Assembly: GCA_944383295.1 (NCBI GenBank)
Contig: CALWOW010000039.1
Span: forward strand, 10,015-74,014
From: an uncultured Clostridia bacterium
Lineage (GTDB): Bacteria > Bacillota > Clostridia > Christensenellales > UBA1242
DNA length: 64,000 bases
Direction: 5' to 3'
The position numbers and the translations under genes were made by a program. Below the pieces are notes generated by a model. That model worked only from the letters and a program-made list of their open reading frames with translations. It searched no databases and had not been told where the DNA came from. How positions within the stretch are numbered: position 1 is the stretch's first letter; every line of letters begins with the position of its first letter. Shown piece after piece: positions 1 through 10,355 of the stretch.

Positions 1-1
1 C

Positions 2-691
2 AATGAAAAAGGTATTCCTGAAAATTCTCTAATCGCTTTTGAAAAAGCTATTGAAAAAAGTTATGCTATTGAATTAGACGTCCACGTCTTACAAGATGGC
101 ACTGTTGCAGTATTTCACGATAGTCAATTAAGCCGTATGACAGGTAAAGATGGATATTTAAAAAATCTCAATAAAGATGATTTACCTAATTATAAATTGC
201 TAAATACTGAATATTCTATTCCTACTCTTGAGCAGGTACTAGATTTTGTTAAAGGTCAAACTCCTATTTTAATTGAAATAAAAACAGAAAATGTCAAAGT
301 AGGCGCTGATGAAAGCAAAATTTATGAAGTGCTAAAAAATTACAAAGGCGAATATGCCATTCAGTCTTTCAATCCATTTACAATAGAATGGTTTAAAACA
401 AATGCTCCTGAAGTTGTAAGAGGGCTTCTTAGTGCAAAATTTGGCAAAAATATGCGTGACAGACCTAAATCATGGATAAAACGTTTTGCTTTACGCAATA
501 TGATGTTTAATAAGCGTGCGCAACCGCAGTTTATAGCTTACAACGTACTAGACTTACCTAGCTTAAAACTTAAAGGAAAATGCAAAGAACTTCCATTAAT
601 TGGTTGGACAGTTAAATCTCAAAGTCAATATATGGAAATAGTAAAATATGTTGATAATATAATTTTCCAGGATTTTGAACCTAATATTTAA
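2..691 (+). CDS. Glycerophosphodiester phosphodiesterase (GDPD family), 5' end cut by the window edge
   Basis: The frame is open from base 2. Upstream of the tracked Met it reads NEKGIPENSLIAFEKAIEKSYAIELDVHVLQDGTVAVFHD, which matches the GDPD signature (PEN..AF ... E.DV...DG..V..HD). ORF track 137..691 is the 3' part. Confidence 0.8.
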   Translation, partial: NEKGIPENSLIAFEKAIEKSYAIELDVHVLQDGTVAVFHDSQLSRMTGKDGYLKNLNKDDLPNYKLLNTEYSIPTLEQVLDFVKGQTPILIEIKTENVKVGADESKIYEVLKNYKGEYAIQSFNPFTIEWFKTNAPEVVRGLLSAKFGKNMRDRPKSWIKRFALRNMMFNKRAQPQFIAYNVLDLPSLKLKGKCKELPLIGWTVKSQSQYMEIVKYVDNIIFQDFEPNI

Positions 692-728
692 AAATATAAT
701 AACAAATTAATAACTCCTAACTGTAAAA

Positions 729-770
729 TAAAAAAGGATTATGCTTACTTAAAGCACTATCCTTTTTTAT
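729..770. terminator. Bidirectional intrinsic terminator between convergent GDPD gene and ftsY
   Basis: Arms AAAAAGGAT (731..739) and ATCCTTTTTT (759..768) pair, with an inner TGCTT/AAGCA stem. An A-run on one side and a T-run on the other. Confidence 0.6.
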
Positions 771-830
771 TTATTTCAAAAATATTCACTAATATTTTTT
801 GCACAAAACAATCTTATTTAACATTTAAAA

Positions 831-1727
831 CTAGATAATAGCTTCTACAAACTCTTTAGCATCAAATTCATCTAAATCATCAATCTTTTCACCTGTGCCA
901 ATAAACATTACCGGAGTACTGTATTCTTGCGCAATTCCAAGAATTACCCCACCTTTTGCAGTGCCATCTAATTTTGTTACAATCAAGCCATCTAAGCCTA
1001 TAGCTTCATCAAAATATTCAACTTGACTTAAAGCATTTTGACCTGTTGTAGCATCTAAAACAAGTAGTTTTTGATAACAACATTCCGGCCATTGATTAGT
1101 AACAACTTTTGATACTTTCTTTAATTCTTCCATTAAATTTGCTTTGTTATGCAACCTACCAGCAGTATCAATTATGACAACATCAGTACCTTTCGCTTTT
1201 GCGCTTGCTATACCATCAAACACTACACTAGCAGGGTCAGCGCCATCATCATTACGCACGATTTTTACATTATTTTTATTCGCCCAAATTGCTAATTGCT
1301 CACTTGCTGCCGCTCTAAAAGTATCACCAGCGACTAACAAAACCGATTTGCCTTTGCTCTTGTAATAATTCGCTAATTTGCCTATAGTCGTTGTTTTACC
1401 TACCCCATTTACCCCTACTATCATATAAACGAGTGGGTATTGAACTTCTAATTTTTCATTTTCTTCTAATATTTCTTGCATTATCTCACGCAATGCTTGT
1501 TTAACATCGTCCTGATTGCGTAATTTTGTTTTGCGTGAAGTTGTACGTAAACGTTCTACAATTTCTTCAGCGCATTGTACACCCAAATCCGAAGAAATCA
1601 AAACTTCTTCCAGCTCATCAAAAAAATCATCATCTAATTCACCATGCGACATAATCGACATCAGTTTGTTATCAAAAGATGCCTTTGTTTTTTTAAATGC
1701 CTCTTTAATTTTACTAAAAAATCCCAT
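831..1727 (-). CDS. ftsY: Signal recognition particle receptor FtsY (short form, no acidic A domain)
   Basis: SRP GTPase motifs GVNGVGKTTTIGKLA, DTAGR and TKLDGTAKGG. Lies directly downstream of smc, as in Bacillus. Confidence 0.95.
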   Translation of the reverse strand: MGFFSKIKEAFKKTKASFDNKLMSIMSHGELDDDFFDELEEVLISSDLGVQCAEEIVERLRTTSRKTKLRNQDDVKQALREIMQEILEENEKLEVQYPLVYMIVGVNGVGKTTTIGKLANYYKSKGKSVLLVAGDTFRAAASEQLAIWANKNNVKIVRNDDGADPASVVFDGIASAKAKGTDVVIIDTAGRLHNKANLMEELKKVSKVVTNQWPECCYQKLLVLDATTGQNALSQVEYFDEAIGLDGLIVTKLDGTAKGGVILGIAQEYSTPVMFIGTGEKIDDLDEFDAKEFVEAII

Positions 1728-1774
1728 AAGTATGTCCTTAATATCAATCTATTTATTTAATTATATATTATGCT

Positions 1775-4700
1775 TTATTGTAGTGTTTGTAAAGCGTCGC
1801 TTAACTTAACGCTTACTACTTTACTTACACCCTTTTGTTCCATTGTTACACCGTACAAATTGTCCGCAAGTTCCATTGTGGGCTTACGGTGAGTGATAAC
1901 AATAAACTGTGTTTCACCTGCGAAATTATGCAAATATTTTGCAAATCGCTCTACATTTGCGTCATCTAATGCGGCATCTATTTCGTCTAACAAACAGAAT
2001 GGCATAGGTCTTAATTTAAGTATTGCAAACAGGATTGCAATCGCTGTTAATGTTTTTTCTCCACCACTCAACAAGCTTGTACTTCCCAATGCTTTTCCTG
2101 GCGGGTTTGCGTCAATTTCTACACCAGCAGTTAAAACATCATCATCTGTAAGAGTAAGTTTTGCCTTACCACCGCCAAACAATTCACGGAAAATTCGTGA
2201 AAAGTTTTGATTAATTTTATCAAATTGAGTTTGGAAACGTTCTGTCATTTGTTCGCTCAATTCTTTTATAACTGTCATTATATCATCTTCGGCTTTTTTC
2301 AAATCATCTAATTGTGTAGATAATTCGGTATAACGCGCATCTAAGTCTTTACTGTCCTCAATTGCGTTTACATTTACATGACCTAATTTATTTATATCAC
2401 GCTTTAAATCGTTAATTCGAGCTTGTCCACCTTCTGCATCATAATTTTCATCTTTCATATCAAGTGCAGTTAAGTAAGTAAGTTCATAATCTTCCAAAAT
2501 TCTATCTTGCATATTTTCAATATTAGTATCAATTTGTGATAATTTTGCTTCTTCTTGATAAATACGCTCTTGAATACGAGCATATTCATTTGTTACACGT
2601 GTACGCTCTTCTTCTATACCATTCATAGAATCATGTAAATCTTGTTTTACTGCTTCCATTTCTACAACTTTTGCTTTCACACGTTCAAGTTTGTCTGTTG
2701 CATCAATTGTTTCAGGGTTATCAGCATTAGAATCTAGTTCTTGCGCTGTTTGTATAGTTCTTGAATTTTTTATTAATAATGAATTGTTTTCGTCAATGTT
2801 TTGACTTATTTCTTCCTGTTCATTCAATAATCTCTCAATTTCAGCATCAAAAGAAGATATCTCCGTAGTTAAGGTTGCAATTTCGACTTTTAAATCAGTG
2901 ATTTGAGCTGCCAAACTATCACGTTTGTCACGCAATATGTCATATTGATTTGTCTTGTTCCCACCCTTTGCTGTAGGGATATCGCCAGCATCTACCTGTT
3001 TTGAAGTAGAAAGTTCACGTTCAAAAATTTCACGTCTAGCATAAAGTCGTGATAATTCTTGATTAATTTCGTCCAACTCGCCAGCATATAAGTTGCTATC
3101 TTCTTGCGAGTGCTTTAACATTTCTTCTTTTTGAGTTAGTTCTATATCGCAGTCGTGCAGTAAATTTGATTGTTTTTCAATCTCTTTGTTAAGTTTTTCT
3201 AGCATTTCACTATAAACTTTTAAAGTGTTACGCTGTTCCGCTACTTTACTTGCTTGAGATTTAATCTTTTCTGCAATTGTTTCTATCTCTCTTTCACGTG
3301 ACAACAAATTATTGATTTCAGTTTTCTTGCTACCACCTGTAATAGAACCAGCAGTATTTATAATATCACCATCAAGAGTTACAATCTTAAAACTAAATCT
3401 TGAGCTATTTGCTAATCTTACTGCTGTTTCCATATTATCAACAATAACTGTATTACCTAACAAACCACGCATTACCGCATCAAGTCTATCATCGTAAGTT
3501 ATTAGGTCGCTAGCAATACCGTAACAACCAGCACTTTTTATCAACGTATTGTAACTTTCATTAATATACTTTGGCTTCATTGAACTTATAGGTAAAAATG
3601 TCGCACGTCCATAACTCTTTGCCTTAAGATATGAAACAAGCTTTTTAGCGTCTTGCTCATCACGTGTTACTATATTTTGAACAGCAAAGCCAAGAGCCAT
3701 TTCAATAGCTGTTTCAAGTTGTTGTGGCACTGTAATCAATTCACCTACAACACCTACAATTAATCTTTGCAACCCCGCATTTTTACCAGCATCAATTAAT
3801 AATCTACGTACTGTACCATTGTATCCTTCATACTCTGTTTGCATTTCATTTAATAATTTAGCACGAGATTCTAGTTTTGCCAATTCCTCACTTGAAGTGT
3901 CAAGTTGTATGCGTAAATCTGCTTCACCTTGCTCAACATTAGCTAAATTTTCACGCAATGCAGTTAAATTATCCCAGGCGTTTCTTCGATTTTCTTCGGC
4001 ATATTCACAAGCATTTTTTGCTTGACTTTCTATAACCAAAGCACCCTCTTTTTTGTCTTGTAGTGCTTGCTGTCTTGACAATAATTCCTTTTCACGCTCA
4101 TCAAGAGCAGAAATTTCTGTTTCTAGTCGTGCAATATTTGATTTAATATCACTTAATTTTGAAATTGCATCTTGCATTTCTTGTTGCGAACCACTTACAG
4201 CCTGCTCACTTACTCTTAATTGTTCATTTACACCTGCATAAATTTGTTCTAGTTCATCAAGTCTTGCTCGTAAAGAGTTTAGTTTGTCTGCATTTTGAGA
4301 TTTTTCTTGTTGTTTTGTTTGTAACAAATCATTTAATCTAGTAAACTCAATTTTGTCGTTTTCTATTTCTTGTTGCAATTTATTTGATTGCTCTTGTAGG
4401 TATTCCATTTTTGCCTGTGCAACCCTACGGTCACCAGCATTTTTCTCAATGGTGACAGTCAATTTTAAAATTTCGTCTCTTAAAGCCTGAATTTGTTCGT
4501 CAATGGCTTTAATACCTTCTAGAGATTGGTTTTGTTTATTTATAGCAGATTGTACTTGCTTTTCTTTATCTTCAGCTTGTTCACGCAAGCCCTCTATCAT
4601 ATCACTTATGCGTTGTTTGTTTGAATTTGCATTTTCGTAATGGTATATATAGTTATTAACTTCTTCAAATTTTAATTTTTCTCTCAAATCCAAATATTTT

Positions 4701-5338
4701 TTAGCTTTTTCAGCTTGTTCACGCATTGGATTAAGTTGACGTTCAATCTCTATAACTGTGTTTTCAATCAATGTTAAATTTTCTCTAGTTTTTGCAAGTT
4801 TGCGTTCCGCTTCTATTTTTCTCTCTTTGAATTTTGCGATACCAGCCGCTTCTTCAAAAATTACCCTACGGTCTTCGGGCTTACTTGCTACTATTTGCTC
4901 TACCTTACCCTGTCCTATTATAGAGTAGCCATCTCTACCTATACCGCTATCGTGTAAAAGACTAGTAATATCCTTTAAAAGACAAGGAGCATGATTTAAA
5001 GAATATTCACTTGTTCCAGAACGGTACAGTTTTCTTGAAATGACTATTTCGTCATAATCTAGGTTAAATTGATGGTCTTCGTTCGAAAAGATTAGAGAAA
5101 CTTCACAATAAGATAAACCTTTTCTATTTTCCGAACCCTTAAAAATTACATCTTGCATACTAGAACCACGCAGGTTTTTAGATGATTGCTCACCCAAAAC
5201 CCAACGAATAGCATCAGCAAAATTTGATTTTCCACAACCATTTGGGCCTACAATAGCAGTAATACCCTTGCTAAATTCAATGCCTAATTTATCGGCAAAT
5301 GATTTAAAACCTAGTACCTCTATTCTTTTAAAACTCAC
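1775..5338 (-). CDS. smc: Chromosome segregation protein SMC
   Basis: 1187 aa with N-terminal Walker A GPNGCGKSN, long coiled coils, a hinge, the C-terminal signature LSGGEKTLTAIA and Walker B LLDEIDAALD. GTG start preceded by AAGGAG 8 nt upstream. Confidence 0.97.
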   Translation of the reverse strand: MSFKRIEVLGFKSFADKLGIEFSKGITAIVGPNGCGKSNFADAIRWVLGEQSSKNLRGSSMQDVIFKGSENRKGLSYCEVSLIFSNEDHQFNLDYDEIVISRKLYRSGTSEYSLNHAPCLLKDITSLLHDSGIGRDGYSIIGQGKVEQIVASKPEDRRVIFEEAAGIAKFKERKIEAERKLAKTRENLTLIENTVIEIERQLNPMREQAEKAKKYLDLREKLKFEEVNNYIYHYENANSNKQRISDMIEGLREQAEDKEKQVQSAINKQNQSLEGIKAIDEQIQALRDEILKLTVTIEKNAGDRRVAQAKMEYLQEQSNKLQQEIENDKIEFTRLNDLLQTKQQEKSQNADKLNSLRARLDELEQIYAGVNEQLRVSEQAVSGSQQEMQDAISKLSDIKSNIARLETEISALDEREKELLSRQQALQDKKEGALVIESQAKNACEYAEENRRNAWDNLTALRENLANVEQGEADLRIQLDTSSEELAKLESRAKLLNEMQTEYEGYNGTVRRLLIDAGKNAGLQRLIVGVVGELITVPQQLETAIEMALGFAVQNIVTRDEQDAKKLVSYLKAKSYGRATFLPISSMKPKYINESYNTLIKSAGCYGIASDLITYDDRLDAVMRGLLGNTVIVDNMETAVRLANSSRFSFKIVTLDGDIINTAGSITGGSKKTEINNLLSREREIETIAEKIKSQASKVAEQRNTLKVYSEMLEKLNKEIEKQSNLLHDCDIELTQKEEMLKHSQEDSNLYAGELDEINQELSRLYARREIFERELSTSKQVDAGDIPTAKGGNKTNQYDILRDKRDSLAAQITDLKVEIATLTTEISSFDAEIERLLNEQEEISQNIDENNSLLIKNSRTIQTAQELDSNADNPETIDATDKLERVKAKVVEMEAVKQDLHDSMNGIEEERTRVTNEYARIQERIYQEEAKLSQIDTNIENMQDRILEDYELTYLTALDMKDENYDAEGGQARINDLKRDINKLGHVNVNAIEDSKDLDARYTELSTQLDDLKKAEDDIMTVIKELSEQMTERFQTQFDKINQNFSRIFRELFGGGKAKLTLTDDDVLTAGVEIDANPPGKALGSTSLLSGGEKTLTAIAILFAILKLRPMPFCLLDEIDAALDDANVERFAKYLHNFAGETQFIVITHRKPTMELADNLYGVTMEQKGVSKVVSVKLSDALQTLQ

Positions 5339-5351
5339 CTTTTATACTCCT

Positions 5352-6377
5352 TTATTCTTTTGAGTCTTCTATTTCAAAATTGTTTTCGCTAATAGTGTTA
5401 CCTAGTTTTGTTAGTAAATCACGCTCTGCAAATTCCTTTACTTGTTCGATACATGCTAACAAACTTGTTACATTAGCCGAGCCGTGCGCTTTTACTACCA
5501 TTTGTTTTGTTCCAAGTAACGGTGAACCACCATATGCTTGATAATCATATTTTTTCATTACTTTTTTAAGTGGTTTCTTTACTATTAAACCACCGATTTT
5601 ACCTCTAAAAGATGATTTTAAACCATCCTTTAATACTTTCATAAACGCTTGTAAAGTACCTTCAATTCCCTTTAGTAGTACATTACCAGAAAATCCATCT
5701 GTGACAATAACATCATAATTGCCACTCATAGCGTCACGAGCTTCCATATTACCTACAAAATTGATAGGTAACTTTTGCAACATTTCGAAAGAAGATTTCA
5801 CCAAATCATTTCCCTTTGCATCTTCTGTACCCACATTAAGTAAAGCAACTCGTGGCTGTGCTATATTTTGTGTTACTTTCATATATTCACTACCCATCAA
5901 TGCAAAGTGGCATAGATTAACGGGTTTACAATCTACATTCGCACCACAATCTATCAATAAAACTTTTCCACCTGTAATCGTAGGCAACATTGGAGCGAGC
6001 GCTGGGCGTGAAACACCAGGCAATCTCCCTAATTTTAATACCGCACCACTTAAAACAGCACCTGTGCTACCTGCTGATATCATTCCAGCATATTCCCCTG
6101 TCTTTAACTTATCTATACAAACAACAAGCGAACTATTTTTCTTTGAGCGTATCGCTTCAACCGGTGCTTCATTACAAGTTATAACATCCCTAGCATCAGT
6201 TAAAATTAAACGCTGTTTGTCATAGGGCTTACCTTCCAATAATTTTTGAAGCTCTTCTATTTTCCCTACTATTTCCAAAATCAAGTTAGAATTTTTAGAC
6301 AAAGAAATTAAGGCCGCTGAAATTACCGTTTCTGCACCATTATCCCCACCATAAGCATCAATTAAAATTTTAAACAT
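5352..6377 (-). CDS. plsX: Phosphate acyltransferase PlsX
   Basis: 341 aa. N-terminus IDAYGGDNGAE and full-length colinearity are typical of PlsX. Lies downstream of rpmF, as in many Firmicutes. Confidence 0.9.
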   Translation of the reverse strand: MFKILIDAYGGDNGAETVISAALISLSKNSNLILEIVGKIEELQKLLEGKPYDKQRLILTDARDVITCNEAPVEAIRSKKNSSLVVCIDKLKTGEYAGMISAGSTGAVLSGAVLKLGRLPGVSRPALAPMLPTITGGKVLLIDCGANVDCKPVNLCHFALMGSEYMKVTQNIAQPRVALLNVGTEDAKGNDLVKSSFEMLQKLPINFVGNMEARDAMSGNYDVIVTDGFSGNVLLKGIEGTLQAFMKVLKDGLKSSFRGKIGGLIVKKPLKKVMKKYDYQAYGGSPLLGTKQMVVKAHGSANVTSLLACIEQVKEFAERDLLTKLGNTISENNFEIEDSKE

Positions 6378-6439
6378 AAATTACCTCAAAATAATAAAAT
6401 ACTTACGTATAGTCTATCATATATACCACAAAAACACAA

Positions 6440-6464
6440 ACAAAAAAGGCACAAAAGTGCCATT
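6440..6464 (-). terminator. Intrinsic terminator after rpmF
   Basis: Minus-strand RNA reads GGCAC-UUUU-GUGCC followed by UUUUUUGUUUG, about 37 nt after the rpmF stop. Confidence 0.7.
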
Positions 6465-6500
6465 GCATACATAAATTTACAAAAAAAGAAGCGTATTAAA

Positions 6501-6707
6501 TTACGCTCCTGTTTTTTCTTGTGCCTTGTCCTTCTCTAAAACAAGTACTTGTTTACCATTGTAATATCCGCATTTTTTGCAAACACGGTGAGCCAATTTT
6601 GGTTCATGACAACGTGGGCATTCAACTATTGCAGGTGCTGTAATTTTCCAGTTAGCTGCTCTTGAACGCTTCCTTGCTTTAGAGGTCTTAGATTTAGGTA
6701 CTGCCAT
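6501..6707 (-). CDS. rpmF: 50S ribosomal protein L32 (Zn-ribbon type)
   Basis: MAVPKSKTSKARKRSRAANWK with CPRC...CKKC cysteine pairs; a typical L32. Confidence 0.97.
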   Translation of the reverse strand: MAVPKSKTSKARKRSRAANWKITAPAIVECPRCHEPKLAHRVCKKCGYYNGKQVLVLEKDKAQEKTGA

Positions 6708-6751
6708 TTGCTGTGACCTCCAATTAAAATATGTAAATTATTTACGTGTAA

Positions 6752-6780
6752 ATTATATATTATTTTTTAGATATTGTCAA
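6752..6780 (-). promoter_or_regulatory. Sigma-A promoter for rpmF-plsX
   Basis: Minus strand reads TTGACA (6780..6775), a 17-nt spacer, then TATAAT (6757..6752). Both hexamers match the consensus exactly. Confidence 0.75.
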
Positions 6781-6820
6781 CGCTAATACGTAAAATTTTT
6801 CTTTTTTATAAATTATTTAT

Positions 6821-6848
6821 TTGCTATTTGAAAAAACTATGATATAAT
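6821..6848 (+). promoter_or_regulatory. Sigma-A promoter for tmcAL (extended -10)
   Basis: TTGCTA (6821..6826), a 16-nt spacer ending in TG, then TATAAT (6843..6848). RBS AAGAGG precedes the ATG at 6876. Confidence 0.65.
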
Positions 6849-6875
6849 AATTGTATTAAATAATAAGAGGTAAAT

Positions 6876-8153
6876 ATGAAATTTTGCGCAATTATATGTG
6901 AATATAACCCTTTTCATAATGGTCATCAATATCACATAGAACAAAGTTTAAAACAAAGCGGTTGTGATGGCTGCCTTTGCATTATGGGCGGTAATTTTTC
7001 TCAACGAGGTGAACCAACTTTGGTAGAAAAATATTCTAGAGCAAATATGGCTATTGCTGGCGGTGCTGTTGCGGTGGTGCAAATTCCTACCTATTTTTGT
7101 ACTGGTAATGCAGAAGTCTTTGCACAAGCAGCAATAAAAATTGCCTCAAGTTTTAAAAATGTTACACATATTTCCTTTGGTAGTGAATGCGGAGATATTC
7201 GTTCTTTAACTGAATTGGCAAAATTTCTATATAAAGAACCATCTTTTTATAAGGCGAGAATAAAAAGAAATTTAAACGATGGTTTCTCGTTGGGCAGAGC
7301 TAAAACTCACGCTTTAAAAGAATGTATCGAAGCGGGACTGGTAAAATTTACACGTCCAGAAGTAGTTGAAAAAATATTAGAGTCACCTAACAATATTTTA
7401 GCGGTAGAGTACCTAAAGGTATTGCTCGAAACAGGCAGAAAGGACATAACCCCTCTTACTATAAAACGTGTTGACATAACAACAGAAGCAAAAGAAGAAG
7501 CAAATTTCGACTATCACCTATCAAGCGCTACAGCTATACGAGATTCGGTTTACAGAAGCAAGCGCATTTGGAACATACGAAAATTTATACCTAGCGAACC
7601 TTACAAAATATTTGCACGTTCTTTACAAACAATAGGTATCCCTGATGTGGACCTATGGGGAAATTTGGCTTTGTATAAATTTAGAACTGCCAATCCAAAT
7701 GATATTGCACAAAATTATGATGTTTGCGAGGGTATTGAAAATAAGCTAATCACTGTTTCAAGAGAAAATGTTGACTACCCATCATTTATTGAAAACTGTA
7801 CATCTCGCCGATTTACTCAAGCACGCATACAACGAATTGTTACGGCAAGTTTGTTGAGTTTGCGCGCTCAATATGTGAAACACATATATGAAATCGACAG
7901 ACTACCATACATAAAACTATTAGCAGTAAAAAATCATAAGGACATTTTATCAAGTTTAAGTGAGTGCAATACTGTTCTTGTATCTCGCAAGCAAGATGCA
8001 ATAGAGGCACAAAAGGACCCTTATGCAAAAATTTTAATGTTTGCCGAAGATAAAGCGAACAATCTTTACTCTTTGTTGTTGGACATAAACAAAGACCAAC
8101 AAAAAGAATTTGCTGTTAATGACATTTATGTAAAACCTTTATTTATAAAATAA
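6876..8153 (+). CDS. tmcAL: tRNA(Met) cytidine acetate ligase TmcAL (YlbM/UPF0348 nucleotidyltransferase)
   Basis: N-terminus CEYNPFHNGHQYHIEQ...MGGNFSQRGEP matches the YlbM family HxGH-type motif. ylbM also neighbours rpmF in B. subtilis. Confidence 0.85.
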   Translation: MKFCAIICEYNPFHNGHQYHIEQSLKQSGCDGCLCIMGGNFSQRGEPTLVEKYSRANMAIAGGAVAVVQIPTYFCTGNAEVFAQAAIKIASSFKNVTHISFGSECGDIRSLTELAKFLYKEPSFYKARIKRNLNDGFSLGRAKTHALKECIEAGLVKFTRPEVVEKILESPNNILAVEYLKVLLETGRKDITPLTIKRVDITTEAKEEANFDYHLSSATAIRDSVYRSKRIWNIRKFIPSEPYKIFARSLQTIGIPDVDLWGNLALYKFRTANPNDIAQNYDVCEGIENKLITVSRENVDYPSFIENCTSRRFTQARIQRIVTASLLSLRAQYVKHIYEIDRLPYIKLLAVKNHKDILSSLSECNTVLVSRKQDAIEAQKDPYAKILMFAEDKANNLYSLLLDINKDQQKEFAVNDIYVKPLFIK

Positions 8154-8182
8154 AAGATGCTAACAAATAGCATCTTTTATTA
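8152..8182. terminator. Bidirectional terminator between convergent tmcAL and thrS
   Basis: Arms AAGATGCTA (8154..8162) and TAGCATCTT (8168..8176) with a 5-nt loop, and A/T runs on both sides. Confidence 0.7.
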
Positions 8183-8186
8183 TTTA

Positions 8187-10097
8187 TTATTTAATTTCCT
8201 TGCTTTCAATTTCTTGTTTTAAAGAAGCAATAAAGTCTTGCAAGTCCATTTTACCCAAATCACCAAGTTTACGATGACGAACTGTAATGTTTTTGTCATT
8301 CATTTCTTCATCACCTAAAATTAGCATATAAGGAACTTTTTGCAACTGTGCTTCACGTATTTTGTAACCAACTTTTTCGTTTCTGTCATCGAATTCAACT
8401 CTAATACCAGCATTATCAAGTGTCTCGAAAACTTTTCTCGCATATTCGTTCTGTTTTTCAGAAATTGTAATTACTTGCACTTGCACAGGAGCGAGCCACA
8501 AAGGAAACGCACCGGCAAAATTTTCAGTCATTATACCTAAAAATCTATCTATTGAGCCATACACAACTCTATGAATCATTATAGGTTCTTTCTTTGAACC
8601 ATCAGCATCAATATAAGACAATTCAAAACGCTTTGGTAATTGCATATCTAACTGTATTGTTCCGCATTGCCAAGTTCTTCCCAACGCATCTTTTATATGA
8701 ATATCAATTTTAGGTCCATAAAAAGCACCATCACCTTCATTAATTGTGTACTCTTTACCCAAATTATTCAAAGCGTTTTTAAGCGCAGTTTCAACCTTTT
8801 CCCAATCAGCAATATCACCGATATGGTCTTCTGGCATAGTACTTAACTCTAATTTATAACTTAAATTGAAAACTTTGTAAGCATCTTCTACTAAACTTAA
8901 TACATTTGCAATTTCTTGCTCTATTTGAGAAGGTAACATAAATATGTGAGCATCATCTTGAGTAAAGGCACGTACTCTAAACAATCCGTGAAGCGTTCCG
9001 CTTGCCTCTTTACGGTGCACTCTTCCTAACTCACCTATTCTAAGCGGTAAATCTTTGTATGAGTGAATACTTTCTTTATAATAAAGCATACAACCAGGGC
9101 AGTTCATAGGCTTTATAGCATAATCTTTGTCCTCGTCAGCCTTGAAAGTGTACATATTTTCTCTATAGTGGTCCCAATGTCCAGAGACTTCCCACAACTC
9201 TCTACTCAAAGCAATAGGGGTTTGAATTTCAACATAACCTGCTTTTTTATGCATTTCACGCCAATACTTTATTAGTTCATTCTTTAAAGTTAATCCCTTT
9301 GGCATATAAAAAGGCATTCCTGGAGCGTATTCACTGATAAAAAACAAGCCCAATTCTTTACCTATTTTGCGGTGGTCACGCTTTTTTGCTTCTTCAAGCA
9401 TTGTAAGGTATTCATCTAACTCACTCTTTTTAGGGAAAGATGTTCCGTAAATTCTTGTAAGCATTTTATTCTTTTCATCGCCCTTCCAATAAGCACCTGT
9501 TACAGATTGTAATTTAAAAGCTTTGATAATACTAATATCTTCCAAATGTGGACCACGACATAAATCTATCAATTCACCTAATTTGTAAATAGTTAAAATT
9601 TCATTTTCTGGAATACCTTCCAAAATTTCTAATTTATATAGCTCATTTAATTCTTTAAAAATCTTTTCCGCTTCTTTACGAGTTACTTCAATTCTTTCAA
9701 AAGGTAATTTAGATTTTATAATTTTATCCATTTCGGCTTCGATTTTAGGTAAATCATCTTGACCGATAGGATTTTCAAAATCAAAATCGTAGTAAAAGCC
9801 ATTTTCGATTGCTGGGCCTATACTTATTTTAGTATTAGGATACAAACGCTTAACGGCCAAAGCCATAATATGAGCAGTAGAATGACGCAAAATATCCATT
9901 CCGTCTTTATCTTTGAGCGTAACAATTTCAACGCAATCGCCTTTTTTCACTTTTTTAGATAATTGACACAAAACTCCGTTTATCCTTCCAGAAATTGCAT
10001 TTCGAGCAAGCCCTTCGCTTATTTGTTTTGCTACATCTAAAACCGAAGCATCTTCTTGAACTTCAAGTTTAGTGCCGTCTTTAATAAAAATTTCCAT
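8187..10097 (-). CDS. thrS: Threonine--tRNA ligase
   Basis: TGS domain at the N-terminus (MEIFIKDGTKLEV), class II core and anticodon-binding domain. I place the start at the ATG at 10097 (GGGAGG upstream). The tracked ORF start at 10175 runs into the T-box terminator. Confidence 0.95.
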   Translation of the reverse strand: MEIFIKDGTKLEVQEDASVLDVAKQISEGLARNAISGRINGVLCQLSKKVKKGDCVEIVTLKDKDGMDILRHSTAHIMALAVKRLYPNTKISIGPAIENGFYYDFDFENPIGQDDLPKIEAEMDKIIKSKLPFERIEVTRKEAEKIFKELNELYKLEILEGIPENEILTIYKLGELIDLCRGPHLEDISIIKAFKLQSVTGAYWKGDEKNKMLTRIYGTSFPKKSELDEYLTMLEEAKKRDHRKIGKELGLFFISEYAPGMPFYMPKGLTLKNELIKYWREMHKKAGYVEIQTPIALSRELWEVSGHWDHYRENMYTFKADEDKDYAIKPMNCPGCMLYYKESIHSYKDLPLRIGELGRVHRKEASGTLHGLFRVRAFTQDDAHIFMLPSQIEQEIANVLSLVEDAYKVFNLSYKLELSTMPEDHIGDIADWEKVETALKNALNNLGKEYTINEGDGAFYGPKIDIHIKDALGRTWQCGTIQLDMQLPKRFELSYIDADGSKKEPIMIHRVVYGSIDRFLGIMTENFAGAFPLWLAPVQVQVITISEKQNEYARKVFETLDNAGIRVEFDDRNEKVGYKIREAQLQKVPYMLILGDEEMNDKNITVRHRKLGDLGKMDLQDFIASLKQEIESKEIK

Positions 10098-10099
10098 AA

Positions 10100-10348
10100 A
10101 AACCTCCCACAAGAGAGCAAAAAACTCGCCCCCTAGTATAAAAATACAAAGGACGAGTTTTCCCCGCGGTTCCACCTTTTTTGCTCAAATTACTTTGAGC
10201 CACTCTTTAATCTTTTTTAACGCAAAAGCCTAAGCGCAATAGTAAAAAGGTAGTTTCGCTTTTAGTCTTACCAACACGCTTCCAGCCGTGGCGCATCTCT
10301 CTATAAGCAGTTTCTAAAAGTTACTTGTCCTTTTGTTATACTATGATT
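10100..10348 (-). promoter_or_regulatory. T-box leader (tRNA-Thr sensing) with terminator/antiterminator
   Basis: Minus strand shows an AGAGAG stem I element, specifier loop GAA-ACU-A (Thr codon), T-box sequence AAAGGUGGAACCGCGGGG (10166..10181), and terminator ACUCGUCC...GGGGCGAGUUUUUU (10112..10160). Confidence 0.85.
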
Positions 10349-10355
10349 TATTAGT

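Noticed and set aside
5719-6225. 168-aa plus-strand ORF antisense to plsX
   Set aside because: It is a shadow ORF inside a confidently assigned gene, with no RBS.
10098-10175. N-terminal 26-codon extension of the tracked thrS ORF (MEPRGKLVLCIFILGGEFFALLWEVF)
   Set aside because: This stretch is the T-box terminator/antiterminator read in frame. The ATG at 10097 has a proper RBS and gives the canonical TGS-domain N-terminus.
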